From a virus: 64,000 nt of DNA. The stretch's first letter is position 1. Each line of letters begins with the position of its first letter. Shown here piece after piece: positions 10,087 to 20,069 of the stretch. A program made the position numbers and the translations under genes. The stretch is taken from positions 3,755 through 67,754 of IMG/VR virus record IMGVR_UViG_3300008113_011148, one strand, 5' to 3'. The notes under the pieces were generated by a model. That model searched no databases and was not told the DNA's origin. It saw only the letters and a program-made list of their open reading frames with translations.

Positions 10087-10580
10087 TCTAAAAGTTTTTT
10101 TAATTTCAAATCTCGAAGAATAGATTTTGTTTTTTCATTTATAATTAATGGTATGTCATTTTCACTTCTGTAATTCATCCCAGTGAGGTCATAAACTAAG
10201 TTGTTGTAATTATCGATAATATTTCGCATTATCGATATATGTGGCTCATTATTTCTCCAAAGATTTTTTTTTGGAAATGGTATCCACATATCTATGTTTT
10301 TATTATTACAATATTCAATCAAATCTGTTATTTTGTGTGTGTCTTGCATATACACATCAGTGTGAAAAAGTATTAAATTTTTTCCATCTAATTTGTCAAA
10401 TATTATTTTATCTGGATGATTGCATCCGAACTTAGTCCATAAATATGTTTCTGCCAATTTATGTCGATATAATATCATACATTTTGGTAAATTATAAAAA
10501 ATATGGAATGTAGCTCTCGCTGCTACATTCCATGCAAGTTTATAATCAATACTCATATCAAATTCTAGTACATAAATCAT
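10083..10580 (-). CDS. Hypothetical protein with C-terminal RxxKLxxLL tag
   Basis: Ends LRDLKLKKLLD. Start moved downstream of the terminator hairpin at 10589-10610. Confidence 0.55.
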   Translation of the reverse strand: MIYVLEFDMSIDYKLAWNVAARATFHIFYNLPKCMILYRHKLAETYLWTKFGCNHPDKIIFDKLDGKNLILFHTDVYMQDTHKITDLIEYCNNKNIDMWIPFPKKNLWRNNEPHISIMRNIIDNYNNLVYDLTGMNYRSENDIPLIINEKTKSILRDLKLKKLLD

Positions 10581-10588
10581 AATCAAAA

Positions 10589-10610
10589 AAGTCAACTTTG
10601 AAGTTGACTT
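10589..10610 (-). terminator. Intrinsic terminator
   Basis: AAGTCAACTT-TG-AAGTTGACTT hairpin followed by a U tract on the minus strand. Confidence 0.7.
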
Positions 10611-10614
10611 ATTT

Positions 10615-12078
10615 TTATTTGTCGGTATTTTCTACCATAATTTGTTTTACTTTGTTGTTAGTTCTAGATATTGGAACTTTAACACCAATTGAAATCATTA
10701 ATACTCTACCTCTAATTTTAGAAAGATCTAAGGAGTCACAATAACCATCTGTCAAAACTACGGTGTTATATTCATTAAACTTCTCAGAAACTAAATCAAT
10801 AGCAGGTTGAAGAATGGTACCACCAAGACCTTTGATAACAAGTGTTTCAAGTTTTTTCTTAGATTTAATGTTCTGAATCCATTTCACTTCTGTGTCAGCC
10901 TCAATAAGATTTACTTCAATATCATTTCTGTAGATGTAGGAAAGCACTCTCTCAAAAGTTCCACCCATTGAACCAGATGTATCTAATATACAATTGATTT
11001 TTGTTTTGACTTTTCGACTACCTTTTAGTCCAGAAATTTGTTTTCTGTTTGGTTTTACTATTGTTTTTTCCTTCACCGTTCCAAAAATCATATTAGATAC
11101 CGCTCTTTTGATTTCACGTAAATAATCTTTGCGTTTCTTACGTAGTTTGTTAAGAGTTTGTTCGACATTACCGGCTGATAATCCACGAGCGGCTAATCTT
11201 TCCATTACGTCTTTTACCATGCCTTCTCTCATTTCTTCAGGAACATCATCGTTGATGTGCTTATCAAGATACTCACCATTTCCATTTTCCATGTCTTGAA
11301 AAATTTGTTCTTTAGACCAAGTATCAAGTGACTCACCATCTTTAGATGGATTTTTACCATAAGGACCATAAGATGGTTTACCACTAGAGTCTTTACCACC
11401 CTCATTACCCGTTCCTTGGCAATCTGAACAAGACTCTCCTTCACCAGGATTTTGGCTCTGATCTTGTCCTGGTTGTTGACCTTCACCTTTATCATCTTGT
11501 TTCTCACCTTTACCGTCACCTGGTTGTTGACCATCTTGTTTTTTACCAGAACCACCACAAGATTGACATTGAGAGTTTTGTTTTTGCTCTTTTTGCCATT
11601 TATCTTTTTCTTCTTTTAACCACTCATATAGTTCTTCGAAAATAAGTTTTCCGGTGTATTCTTTTGGAACAAAGAGTGCCATATTTTTACCATCTGGTGA
11701 TTTTGGAATTTCAACAAAAGCGTGTGGAATATCCTCCCAGATAACGTGATTAATGATCATGTCTTGAGCAATGTTAGACAATTTATGATCATATTGACCT
11801 GTAATTGTTCTACGTGGATGGTTAAAAAGAAGGTGAAAGTCCTCGTGAAGAGTAATAAAATTTACTTCTTTCTGAGACATATTTTCTAAAAACTTTGGTG
11901 AATAGTAGAAGTTCATTCCTTTAGATGTAACATTAACCGCACAAGTTCCTATAGAATCTTGTTCGTGAAAATTAACGTGTAGGTTGAACTCACCATAGTA
12001 AGGTAAATTAACTTTAGTATCAATTAACATGGTTTGAATACCATTAAGTAATTTTTCGTGTATGTTCTTAATTATCAT
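10615..12078 (-). CDS. Metallopeptidase-like plus vWA domain protein (DUF2201-like)
   Basis: LHEDFHLL (HExxH), NIAQDMIIN, Q/G-rich linker with CxxCxGxG pairs, DTSGSM MIDAS, GGGT-like GLGGT and LTDGY. Confidence 0.8.
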   Translation of the reverse strand: MIIKNIHEKLLNGIQTMLIDTKVNLPYYGEFNLHVNFHEQDSIGTCAVNVTSKGMNFYYSPKFLENMSQKEVNFITLHEDFHLLFNHPRRTITGQYDHKLSNIAQDMIINHVIWEDIPHAFVEIPKSPDGKNMALFVPKEYTGKLIFEELYEWLKEEKDKWQKEQKQNSQCQSCGGSGKKQDGQQPGDGKGEKQDDKGEGQQPGQDQSQNPGEGESCSDCQGTGNEGGKDSSGKPSYGPYGKNPSKDGESLDTWSKEQIFQDMENGNGEYLDKHINDDVPEEMREGMVKDVMERLAARGLSAGNVEQTLNKLRKKRKDYLREIKRAVSNMIFGTVKEKTIVKPNRKQISGLKGSRKVKTKINCILDTSGSMGGTFERVLSYIYRNDIEVNLIEADTEVKWIQNIKSKKKLETLVIKGLGGTILQPAIDLVSEKFNEYNTVVLTDGYCDSLDLSKIRGRVLMISIGVKVPISRTNNKVKQIMVENTDK

Positions 12079-12095
12079 ATTTTTTAATATTTATA

Positions 12096-12103
12096 CAAAT
12101 ATA
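12096..12103 (-). promoter_or_regulatory. Bacteroidota housekeeping -7 promoter element TAnnTTTG
   Basis: TATATTTG on minus strand upstream of the vWA gene. Same element at 14318, 15670, 20934, 23916, 26743, 40907 (minus) and 34215, 59256 (plus). Confidence 0.65.
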
Positions 12104-12127
12104 ATATTTATAAATCAATAAACCTAA

Positions 12128-12595
12128 TTATTTTTTTGATTTAGGTTTAATATCAAAGTTTTTAATTTTTTCTAATGTGCTGTCTAACGAGTGATTTATT
12201 TTAGAAAGAACTTCTTTCTTAAATGCATTTCTTCTAATTGACATTTCACGAATAAATTTATCAAGTAAATAACTTTCTAAGTCAGCTCTAATATGAACAT
12301 CGTATCCGAATACCGAATTAATTACTTTAACATTCAATGACTCAAGAAAAACAAAAAGTGTTCTATCCCCAGAGCTTATGTAACATTCTTGAGTTTGTAT
12401 ATCGTAATATAGTTTACTATCCTTATTGTGTAAGATAGTAAGAAATATTTCACAAACCGTATCTTCAGCCTCAGTCAGTCTTTTTGGCTTTGTTAGTTTT
12501 TTTTCTTTACCTAAAGTTTTGAATAATCTTAGGTAATAAACCTTAATCAATCTTCTGAACCTTGTCAACTTTTTATTAAATTCTTCTTTTGTCAT
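12128..12595 (-). CDS. Hypothetical protein
   Basis: 155 aa ORF in a co-oriented block. Confidence 0.6.
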   Translation of the reverse strand: MTKEEFNKKLTRFRRLIKVYYLRLFKTLGKEKKLTKPKRLTEAEDTVCEIFLTILHNKDSKLYYDIQTQECYISSGDRTLFVFLESLNVKVINSVFGYDVHIRADLESYLLDKFIREMSIRRNAFKKEVLSKINHSLDSTLEKIKNFDIKPKSKK

Positions 12596-12602
12596 ATTAT
12601 AT

Positions 12603-12989
12603 TTATTTTAAAATTTTATTAAGTTTATTTTCTCTTAGAATAGATTTGACTTGTTTTATTATATTTTCATCATCAGATGGATCACAATCTTGATTTATTT
12701 TTATATTATCACTAAAAATTAATTTAGCGGTATAAAGACACGCACAAACAACATCATCATAAATTTTTAATTGTGTTTTACAAAAGTTAAGACCATTTTT
12801 ATTTAAAGAAAAGTTAAATGTTTCATGACCATCTTCATCAACACCATTAAATCTAACCTGTGTCTCATTCACGGTCACATCTTCTAAAGAAATTTTCATA
12901 CTATCTATAAGAGTCTGGCAGATAGAAGAGAAGTCTTTAAACTTATCACTATCTAATGATTCAAATTCCCAATATCTTGTAAAACCCAT
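12603..12989 (-). CDS. Hypothetical phage protein with C-terminal tag
   Basis: MGFTRYW...FNG....HETF...FCKT..K.YD; ends LRENKLNKILK. Confidence 0.65.
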   Translation of the reverse strand: MGFTRYWEFESLDSDKFKDFSSICQTLIDSMKISLEDVTVNETQVRFNGVDEDGHETFNFSLNKNGLNFCKTQLKIYDDVVCACLYTAKLIFSDNIKINQDCDPSDDENIIKQVKSILRENKLNKILK

Positions 12990-12993
12990 TTAC

Positions 12994-14304
12994 TTAATTA
13001 CTTGATCCAAATACACCTTTACCGATATCTACAAATCCTTCATCATTTCCTAAATCCATTTCAGTTGATTTATCTTCTTCTTTACTTTCATAAGAATTTG
13101 AGTTACACAATTTATCAAACTCTTCATCTTGTGCAAATCCAGATTTAATCATTTTAGAGACAAGTTGATGCCAGTTTAATTTACCACGGTATCGAAACTC
13201 ACTGTCAGTGAGTGACATCTTACCATCGATATCTAAAGTCATAATCTTATTATAGATTTCTTTGTCTAATTCAAAGTCTTGATTTGAAATATCATCAACC
13301 TTAGCAATTTTGATTTTGTAGTAACCCTCTGTTAGCATCTTAACAATCACATCACCTTTTAATTTCATAATATCTGAAATCTTAAGAGCGATTTTTGTTT
13401 CTTCTTCACTTAATGACTCCATATCTTTTTGTTCTTCAGACACAAAGAATACATAACCATTAGGTTCATCACCCGATTTCATGCTTTCTAATCTGGTTTC
13501 TAAAACGCCAAGTGCTTCAGACTTTTCTTCTGATTTTGATTCAGCTTGTTTTGCTTCATTTTTGTATCGAATGATTTCTTTTTTTGTTTCTTCAATTCGA
13601 TACTCTAATTCTATAATCTTAGCCTCATTCATCTTACGGAATTGCTCTTCCATATAAGACTCTGCTGCTGTTTTTAATTTCTCATTTGGTGTAGATGGAT
13701 TTTCTACTTCTTCAACGATAGTTTTAACATCTTCTTCTGAAAGGTCGTCTAACACACCATTCATAACTTCTGAAAGTGCGTTATCTTCATCCCACTCTTC
13801 TTCAACTTCATCATCATCAGATGAACCGAATAAATCATCAAGTAAACTCAAACTTTTTTTAGAAACTTCAACTTTATCTTCTTCTTCAAAAAGTGACTTT
13901 AATTTATTAATTGGTTTGTCGTGTTCAACTTCTAAATAGCAACGGTCACCATTAATATCATTAAACTCTAAACCAGCTACTACAAATTTTTGCGCATAAC
14001 CAGTTACATCTTTATCATCAATATCCGCAATAAGACGTTTAATCATAGATTCATCTGTTAAGTTAGAACCTTTTTGTTCTTCAAAATTAATCGTTCCTTC
14101 ATCACAGATTGTTACTTTAAGAATGACACCTTCTAAGACACCTGATAGTTTTTCACCTTTAATAAAGGCAACGTCTCTGATAAAACGAATGCGAGCACCA
14201 TTTACTGCAGAAACAAAGTTTAAGAATTTTCTTTTTGGTTTGAAGTTGCCGATTATTGGTTCAGTTCTTACCTCTACATTTTCGTTTTGAATATCTTCTT
14301 GCAT
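12994..14304 (-). CDS. Acidic coiled-coil hypothetical protein
   Basis: 436 aa ORF with a central coiled coil. Confidence 0.65.
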   Translation of the reverse strand: MQEDIQNENVEVRTEPIIGNFKPKRKFLNFVSAVNGARIRFIRDVAFIKGEKLSGVLEGVILKVTICDEGTINFEEQKGSNLTDESMIKRLIADIDDKDVTGYAQKFVVAGLEFNDINGDRCYLEVEHDKPINKLKSLFEEEDKVEVSKKSLSLLDDLFGSSDDDEVEEEWDEDNALSEVMNGVLDDLSEEDVKTIVEEVENPSTPNEKLKTAAESYMEEQFRKMNEAKIIELEYRIEETKKEIIRYKNEAKQAESKSEEKSEALGVLETRLESMKSGDEPNGYVFFVSEEQKDMESLSEEETKIALKISDIMKLKGDVIVKMLTEGYYKIKIAKVDDISNQDFELDKEIYNKIMTLDIDGKMSLTDSEFRYRGKLNWHQLVSKMIKSGFAQDEEFDKLCNSNSYESKEEDKSTEMDLGNDEGFVDIGKGVFGSSN

Positions 14305-14331
14305 AATTATTTTTTTACAAATTTAGGAAAA

Positions 14332-14730
14332 TTATATTAAATTATTATCATTAATAATATTAATTTTTGCATCTCTTACTTCTTCTTTAGTCAAAGGGTC
14401 AGGTAGTTTTTTACCATAAACATCAACTATATTATCAGTTTCAATGTATTTATCACCAGATTCTTCAATCAGTATCTGAAGAATTGGATTTAGAGTTTCT
14501 TTATCATCTTGAATTTCAAATATCTCCATTACTTCTTCTCTGAAAGGTTGAAAGTTATAAACAACTGTTGGTTGTTCATCATCATGCTTATCTAAACAGA
14601 CAGTTAATAATAGATATAACTCTTTCTTAGAAAGTAATTTCATATCTTCAACTACATTAACGACATTGAAATTTTTAAAAATATCAACAAACTCCTTAGA
14701 TACTTTTAGTTGTTTTGTTTCTTCGCTCAT
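14332..14730 (-). CDS. Hypothetical protein with C-terminal tag
   Basis: Ends VRDAKINIINDNNLI. Confidence 0.6.
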   Translation of the reverse strand: MSEETKQLKVSKEFVDIFKNFNVVNVVEDMKLLSKKELYLLLTVCLDKHDDEQPTVVYNFQPFREEVMEIFEIQDDKETLNPILQILIEESGDKYIETDNIVDVYGKKLPDPLTKEEVRDAKINIINDNNLI

Positions 14731-14732
14731 AT

Positions 14733-15026
14733 TTATTTTAGTATTTCGTTTATTTTACCTTCTCTTAATTTATCAATGTTCATTTCAAAGATAGCGTTCA
14801 TGTGTGCTTTTGAAATTTCTTCTTTTTCACCTTTTTCATTTATGACCCAGTATCTACGCCAACCACCATTTAATTTATAAAGTTGATCAGACCAAGTCTC
14901 ATATTCACCATCATACCACTTTCCCTCAATAAATCTATCCTCCCATTGAATATTAGACAAAGATAATCCTTTAGGTGAGCTTTGGTGACTACTTCTCTTA
15001 CAAAGAAATTTAGTTTTAACTATCAT
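14733..15026 (-). CDS. Hypothetical protein with C-terminal tag
   Basis: Ends LREGKINEILK. Confidence 0.6.
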   Translation of the reverse strand: MIVKTKFLCKRSSHQSSPKGLSLSNIQWEDRFIEGKWYDGEYETWSDQLYKLNGGWRRYWVINEKGEKEEISKAHMNAIFEMNIDKLREGKINEILK

Positions 15027-15538
15027 TAGATTCCTAATTTTTCTAATTTATACTCACGGTATTCCAATTTAGAAACAGACCCCAATTCATAAGCTCTATG
15101 AAAGAAAACCTCAAAGATTTCTTCATAACCCATTTCTTTAGCGCTCATAGCTCGATTTATTGCCTTCCATTCATCGGTGATTCGATTTGCTTGTGTTTTT
15201 GCGAGTATTATTGCTTTATCTACATCACCGCCAGATTTAGTCCAAATATCACTAACTCTAACTTTATTCTTTTCAAACTCAGCTTTGGTTTGACCGTTGT
15301 ATTTTCCTTCTTTTAGACCTCTCATATAATTTTCTGTTAATTTATGAAGACAATTATAAAATCCATATTTTAATCTTTGACCATTCCACTCAAAGGTTGC
15401 TGTAAGATTTTGCTCGTAGATTTCTCCAGTATCTCTATTCTTTTTTCTTGTAATTTTTCCTTTATACCAGAACCAATAACAATTCGTTCTTTCTACTTCG
15501 AGATAATCTCGAAATTGTAAATTAGTCCATTTATCCAT
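15026..15538 (-). CDS. Hypothetical protein with C-terminal tag
   Basis: Likely ATG start at 15538 (MDKW); ends YREYKLEKLGI. Confidence 0.6.
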   Translation of the reverse strand: MDKWTNLQFRDYLEVERTNCYWFWYKGKITRKKNRDTGEIYEQNLTATFEWNGQRLKYGFYNCLHKLTENYMRGLKEGKYNGQTKAEFEKNKVRVSDIWTKSGGDVDKAIILAKTQANRITDEWKAINRAMSAKEMGYEEIFEVFFHRAYELGSVSKLEYREYKLEKLGI

Positions 15539-15539
15539 A

Positions 15540-15665
15540 TTAAATTGTACAAAGTAAAGCAAAAACTAACCAACCCCAACCATTAACTCCTGCGAAAGCA
15601 AGAATAGTAATACCAGCAATTAAACCTAATTGTAATAATGTTTTATTTGTTATCTTTTCATTCAT
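15540..15665 (-). CDS. Small membrane peptide (41 aa), not in ORF track
   Basis: MNEKITNKTLLQLGLIAGITILAFAGVNGWGWLVFALLCTI. Fills the gap exactly, directly after TATATTTG at 15670-15677. Confidence 0.6.
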   Translation of the reverse strand: MNEKITNKTLLQLGLIAGITILAFAGVNGWGWLVFALLCTI

Positions 15666-15703
15666 CCTACAAATATAAGAATAAATTTAAAATAAACAAA
15701 AGA

Positions 15704-16459
15704 TTAATTCAAAATATCATCAATGCGATTATTGCGAGACCATGTTATATCAGATTCTCTTACAATTTCTGACTGACTATATTGTATTATTTGACCTTTA
15801 GTGATCATCTTACAAATCTCATAATTCAGTGAAAAGTCTTTTCCATTTTTTTGAGGAATAAAATCCAAAATAAGATAATCCTCTGATTGATCACCAACTT
15901 TTGTAACAATATCACCAATTGAGAATCTAGTTAAAGTGTGTTCACCTCCATCTTCATCATATCCCCAGATTTTAGAAAATATTTCAATTGTATCTTCCAA
16001 AAACATAACATAAGCCATTATTGATGATAAGTGACCTTCAAATTCATAAGTTAATTTAGTGTACTCTTTTTCTTTTACTTTGTGGTCAATTTGTTTCTTT
16101 GATTTAATAATAGAGTCTGATACTTCAATATCACCTATTTTCTCTCGATTACTATTATCAACAAAAAGTGTTTTTGTCTCTATTTTATTTGTGAACCATT
16201 TATTAAAAATATGAAAGAAATTATCTACTCTATTTTTAGCAACCGAAAAAGAAAATTGAAATTTCATATGTGGATCCAATGTCACTACCTCTGATTCTGG
16301 ATCAGAACCAAAAGAGCCAAGTCCATATTTAAGCCTTTGCTTAAAAACAATAGCAGGAAAGGAATTATGTGTGCTATATTTTGGAAAAACATGATAAGGT
16401 GTATTTTCCAGTCTATCATTCCAATTTAAAATTTCACTATCTGATAAGTATTTTTTCAT
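15704..16459 (-). CDS. Hypothetical protein with C-terminal tag
   Basis: Ends SRNNRIDDILN. Confidence 0.6.
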   Translation of the reverse strand: MKKYLSDSEILNWNDRLENTPYHVFPKYSTHNSFPAIVFKQRLKYGLGSFGSDPESEVVTLDPHMKFQFSFSVAKNRVDNFFHIFNKWFTNKIETKTLFVDNSNREKIGDIEVSDSIIKSKKQIDHKVKEKEYTKLTYEFEGHLSSIMAYVMFLEDTIEIFSKIWGYDEDGGEHTLTRFSIGDIVTKVGDQSEDYLILDFIPQKNGKDFSLNYEICKMITKGQIIQYSQSEIVRESDITWSRNNRIDDILN

Positions 16460-16463
16460 ATTT

Positions 16464-16955
16464 TTATTTTTTTATCCAAATTACCGCAATGTACTTTGTA
16501 CCAAACTCAACTGGTAAACCAGCGTGTATACTATCTTTATTTACTTTACCATCACTATCTAAATTTTCCCAAATGATAAGTTTGCCAGTTTCTGGTTTTA
16601 TTTTATTATTAACCTTCGGAAAAAAAGTTTCACCACCTACAAAACTATTATTTAAGTATATCAGTGCGGTCTTTGATCTTGAAGCCCCATCATGATGTTC
16701 TTTGTACTCACCATTTGGCTCATATTTAACAAAATGAAAATCTTCTTGATTTTTTTGAGGTAGATTTGCAAGTTCTGATACTTCTAATTTTATCCTATCT
16801 ACAAGTGGGTGGTCATTGAACCACCTAACTTTAGCCTTTCTATAACCAAGTCGATTTCCTGTGGTAGTGCCGGCTCTGAGTTGACCAGATTCACCTAAAC
16901 TTATTAGTGTTTCGCACTCTTGTTGTGTAAGAAAATTTTTATATTCAGTTATCAT
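16464..16955 (-). CDS. 2OG-Fe(II) oxygenase (prolyl 4-hydroxylase-like)
   Basis: YKEHHD (HxD), TALIYLN, GGETFF, IHAGLPV..GTKY. Confidence 0.85.
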   Translation of the reverse strand: MITEYKNFLTQQECETLISLGESGQLRAGTTTGNRLGYRKAKVRWFNDHPLVDRIKLEVSELANLPQKNQEDFHFVKYEPNGEYKEHHDGASRSKTALIYLNNSFVGGETFFPKVNNKIKPETGKLIIWENLDSDGKVNKDSIHAGLPVEFGTKYIAVIWIKK

Positions 16956-17187
16956 CTAATATCTCGTTAATTTTTGAATTTCTCATTTCATCGATGGTTG
17001 TAAAATATTTATCAAAAATATTCATAGTTAAAGGTATTTTTTCACCACTTTCAGATTGTGACCATAATATAAGGCCGCTTTTATACTCAAACTCAGATGG
17101 AGGTGTCGTCTGGTATATTTTTCCTTTAGCACATATAACCCTTTTTTCATCTGGATCGAACATCGTTCTTTTGCAGTAAATGAACAC
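16945..17187 (-). CDS. Small hypothetical protein with C-terminal tag
   Basis: Ends MRNSKINEILDDN. Confidence 0.6.
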   Translation of the reverse strand: MFIYCKRTMFDPDEKRVICAKGKIYQTTPPSEFEYKSGLILWSQSESGEKIPLTMNIFDKYFTTIDEMRNSKINEILDDN

Positions 17188-17192
17188 TCATA

Positions 17193-17519
17193 TTATTTAG
17201 TTTTTGTATCAAAATCAACATTAACATTTGTGATTTGATTAAGTTTTATTTCTCTCATTAATTGAATAAAATATCTTTCTAAATCCGCCACAGAATTAAA
17301 TTCAACGCCTATATAACTACTCTTACTATCAAAACACAAAAAGTTGCCAGAAGAATAGATATGTTGATATTGGGTTACTCCTGGGATGATAATAATACTA
17401 TCTATATCATTACCATTGTAACCGGGATCAACCTCATCTTTAGTATACCATTTGATACTAACAACTTTTGGTGTTTCTTTAGTTATTCTCAACATAATCT
17501 TTAATTCTTTTGTTAGCAA
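17193..17519 (-). CDS. Hypothetical protein with near-C-terminal tag
   Basis: Contains MREIKLNQITN. True start probably MLRITKE. Confidence 0.55.
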   Translation of the reverse strand: MLTKELKIMLRITKETPKVVSIKWYTKDEVDPGYNGNDIDSIIIIPGVTQYQHIYSSGNFLCFDSKSSYIGVEFNSVADLERYFIQLMREIKLNQITNVNVDFDTKTK

Positions 17520-18297
17520 CCTCTATGTATTCTATTTGTTTCTCAAATCCAATAAAATTTCTACCAAGTTTTTTTGAAGAAACGGCTGTTGTTCCAGTTC
17601 CCATAAAAGGATCTAAAACCAAATCACCTTCATCAGTTGAGCCTTTTATAAAATAATCAACTAACTCAACTGGATAAACAGCAACGTGATTATCTGCTAT
17701 TCTTTTAGCCTCAGATGATATATTAATTAGTGTTGTAGGAAGTGCGCCTTTTGGATTTGGTTCCCAATTCTTATATTGTTTATTAGTTTGATTTTGTTCG
17801 TCTCTAGCAAATCTCTTAATGAGAGGATTTTTCATTCTTTGAATAGACTTCTCAGCATATGGCGTTCTCATTTCATCGATATTAAATTTGAATCCTTTTT
17901 CTTTTGCGAACCAAAAAAGATATTCAACTCTATCACCAAATCTACTTTTATTGGGAAGACTTTTTAATTTATTCCAAAAAAGCCTTTCAAATAGTTTTAA
18001 ATCTGTTCTTTTATGAATTTCAGAAATCAGTTCAAAAACATAGGGATGTCTAAACCCGCCTTCTACTTTGTCATTGATATTTAAAATAAAAGAACCTGTC
18101 GGTTTAATAACACGACAGATTTCATTACAATAAGGTAAAAACCATTCAACATAATTATCAGCTAGTATTCCTGGATTATCGATATAAACTTTCAAGTCAG
18201 CATAGGGTGGTGAAGTAATAACTAAATCAACTGAGTTATCATCTAATTCTTTCAAAAGTGATAAGGATTCTCCGTGAAATATTTTATTTAATTCCAT
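17479..18297 (-). CDS. DNA methyltransferase, N4-cytosine/N6-adenine beta class
   Basis: DLVITSPPY catalytic motif followed by VLDPFMGTGTT SAM-binding motif. Confidence 0.9.
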   Translation of the reverse strand: MELNKIFHGESLSLLKELDDNSVDLVITSPPYADLKVYIDNPGILADNYVEWFLPYCNEICRVIKPTGSFILNINDKVEGGFRHPYVFELISEIHKRTDLKLFERLFWNKLKSLPNKSRFGDRVEYLFWFAKEKGFKFNIDEMRTPYAEKSIQRMKNPLIKRFARDEQNQTNKQYKNWEPNPKGALPTTLINISSEAKRIADNHVAVYPVELVDYFIKGSTDEGDLVLDPFMGTGTTAVSSKKLGRNFIGFEKQIEYIEVANKRIKDYVENN

Positions 18298-18300
18298 TGA

Positions 18301-18876
18301 TTACATTTCTTTACTTTTCTTATCAAGAAATTCTTTTTCTTCTATAGTCAAAGAATTCATTCCATTGTTAGCTATTTTGTCAAGTATATCATCAATATCA
18401 AGAGATACATTGTAATCACTTTTGACTAAGTCTTTAATCATTTCGAAAGAAACTACTGATTTATCAACATCTGGAATAGAATTTTTCACACTTTGATTAT
18501 TATGGTACTCAAATTCAACAAGCATTTTGACTTTTGTGATTTCACTTACAATATCTTTGATAATTTGAGGCAAAAAATCTTTAATTCTATTAGATAGTAC
18601 AAATTGTCCTACTTTAAGAGTTAATTCGACTCTTACTTTCGACAATTCAAATTCGACTCTTTGATTGTATTCCATTTTAGAACACTTTTCAAATAATTCT
18701 GTATAGTATTTTTCTTTATCTTCTACTTTCGGATGAAAAAACCCATAAGAGTATAAAAATTCAACTTTATCAACATTTATATCCTTACCCGTTAGTTTCT
18801 CAGCTATTTCTATCCATTCTGTAACTTGTGGATAATCGTGAAAAACTTCTTCTTTTGTAGCTAAAATTGTAAACAT
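18301..18876 (-). CDS. Hypothetical protein with C-terminal DUF6576-like helical hairpin
   Basis: Ends IDDILDKIANNGMNSLTIEEKEFLD. Confidence 0.6.
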   Translation of the reverse strand: MFTILATKEEVFHDYPQVTEWIEIAEKLTGKDINVDKVEFLYSYGFFHPKVEDKEKYYTELFEKCSKMEYNQRVEFELSKVRVELTLKVGQFVLSNRIKDFLPQIIKDIVSEITKVKMLVEFEYHNNQSVKNSIPDVDKSVVSFEMIKDLVKSDYNVSLDIDDILDKIANNGMNSLTIEEKEFLDKKSKEM

Positions 18877-18922
18877 AATTTATTGGTTTTATTTATTTTT
18901 ATATAAAATTTTTTTACTTAGT

Positions 18923-19357
18923 TTATTTGTCTCCCAATAGGTTAGACAATCTACCAGATCGAAACTCAGATAGACTTATTCCCTTAGCTATTTCTAAAAG
19001 TGTATCTTCTACATCTGAAATCGACGGTGACATATCTTTACAGAAGTTTGTTAAGATTGAATTTCTTAACTTTAGTGTCTCACCATCACTTCTGAATGAA
19101 CTGACTAACATCATGGTATCTGGTAGCTTATTGTTTCTAATCCAAAGAGAAGCTTCATCGTCAATTACCCAGTTATCATTTTTGAGAAGATATTTAATCT
19201 CTATCTCATACTTAGTCCCATCTTCACCTTCTGAGAACATCTTTCTTTTGAATGATCTGTTTGGGTGATTCGGATCTTCTTCCTTCCAAATCATTATATT
19301 TTTATCGGTATATAAAGTAAGACTTTTAACTATTTCTATTATTCTATCTTTCAACAT
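18923..19357 (-). CDS. Hypothetical protein with C-terminal tag
   Basis: Ends FRSGRLSNLLGDK. Confidence 0.6.
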   Translation of the reverse strand: MLKDRIIEIVKSLTLYTDKNIMIWKEEDPNHPNRSFKRKMFSEGEDGTKYEIEIKYLLKNDNWVIDDEASLWIRNNKLPDTMMLVSSFRSDGETLKLRNSILTNFCKDMSPSISDVEDTLLEIAKGISLSEFRSGRLSNLLGDK

Positions 19358-19556
19358 AACTAAAATTTTTATTTATATAATCTATAGGAAAATTGTTATA
19401 TTCATTTCCATATAGATTATGGTTAAGAGTGACCATTATTTTCAATGATTCATTATCAATGTAAAGAACCTCATATTCTTTACCTTTTTCAAAGAGGGGC
19501 ATCCCAAAGATATTATTCACCGTCTCTTTGCAAATAAGTTTGTCTCCCTTTCTCAT
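19344..19556 (-). CDS. Small hypothetical protein
   Basis: 70 aa, KGDKLICK...FEKGKEYEV, SH3-like pattern. Confidence 0.55.
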   Translation of the reverse strand: MRKGDKLICKETVNNIFGMPLFEKGKEYEVLYIDNESLKIMVTLNHNLYGNEYNNFPIDYINKNFSYVER

Positions 19557-19558
19557 AA

Positions 19559-20041
19559 TTATTTACTTCTATCAATCACAACATAAATGGTGTCAATAAC
19601 TTTTCCACCGGTTTTACAATCACAATCAGAGTTTTTAGATTTCTTAGAATCATCACCGAAAAGATTACCAATTGGGTTTTTATCTAATACTTCTACTTCT
19701 TTAACAAAGTAATTAGTTTCTCCTCGATTAGATAACCAGTTTTTACCAAATGTTTCGTGATATTTAATTTTTACTTTCCAACCATTTGTTGCAGCTGAGT
19801 CTAATGTCTTAATGACTTTTTCATCATTGACATCATTATCTACAGAGAAGTGAAAAGGTTCTGCGGAGTTCATACCTGTTTGAGTTGTGTTAAGTGTTCC
19901 TTCCCAGGAATTCCAAACAAGTCCTTTTTGTGAGAATTTTGTAATCATACCAATACGTTCACCATTAGAGTAGTTCTCAGTACAAGAAGTCATTGTGATT
20001 GCGGCTACTAAAGCCAAAAAGATAAATTTAATTGTTTTCAT
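19559..20041 (-). CDS. Lipoprotein (YSxGxRxG..KFSxKG...EG family)
   Basis: Lipobox MTSC; NYSNGERIGMITKFSQKGLVWNSWEG. Confidence 0.65.
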   Translation of the reverse strand: MKTIKFIFLALVAAITMTSCTENYSNGERIGMITKFSQKGLVWNSWEGTLNTTQTGMNSAEPFHFSVDNDVNDEKVIKTLDSAATNGWKVKIKYHETFGKNWLSNRGETNYFVKEVEVLDKNPIGNLFGDDSKKSKNSDCDCKTGGKVIDTIYVVIDRSK

Positions 20042-20069
20042 TTTTTATTTTGTTTTTAATTGTTACTTA

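Noticed and set aside
16464-16955. MITEYKNFLT as an N-terminal capsid-type tag
   Set aside because: It matches the normal start of prolyl-hydroxylase-like domains (NFLxxxEC), and the gene lacks the TAATATATA motif.
17479-18297. Restriction-modification system
   Set aside because: No adjacent endonuclease is recognisable; more likely an orphan protective methyltransferase.
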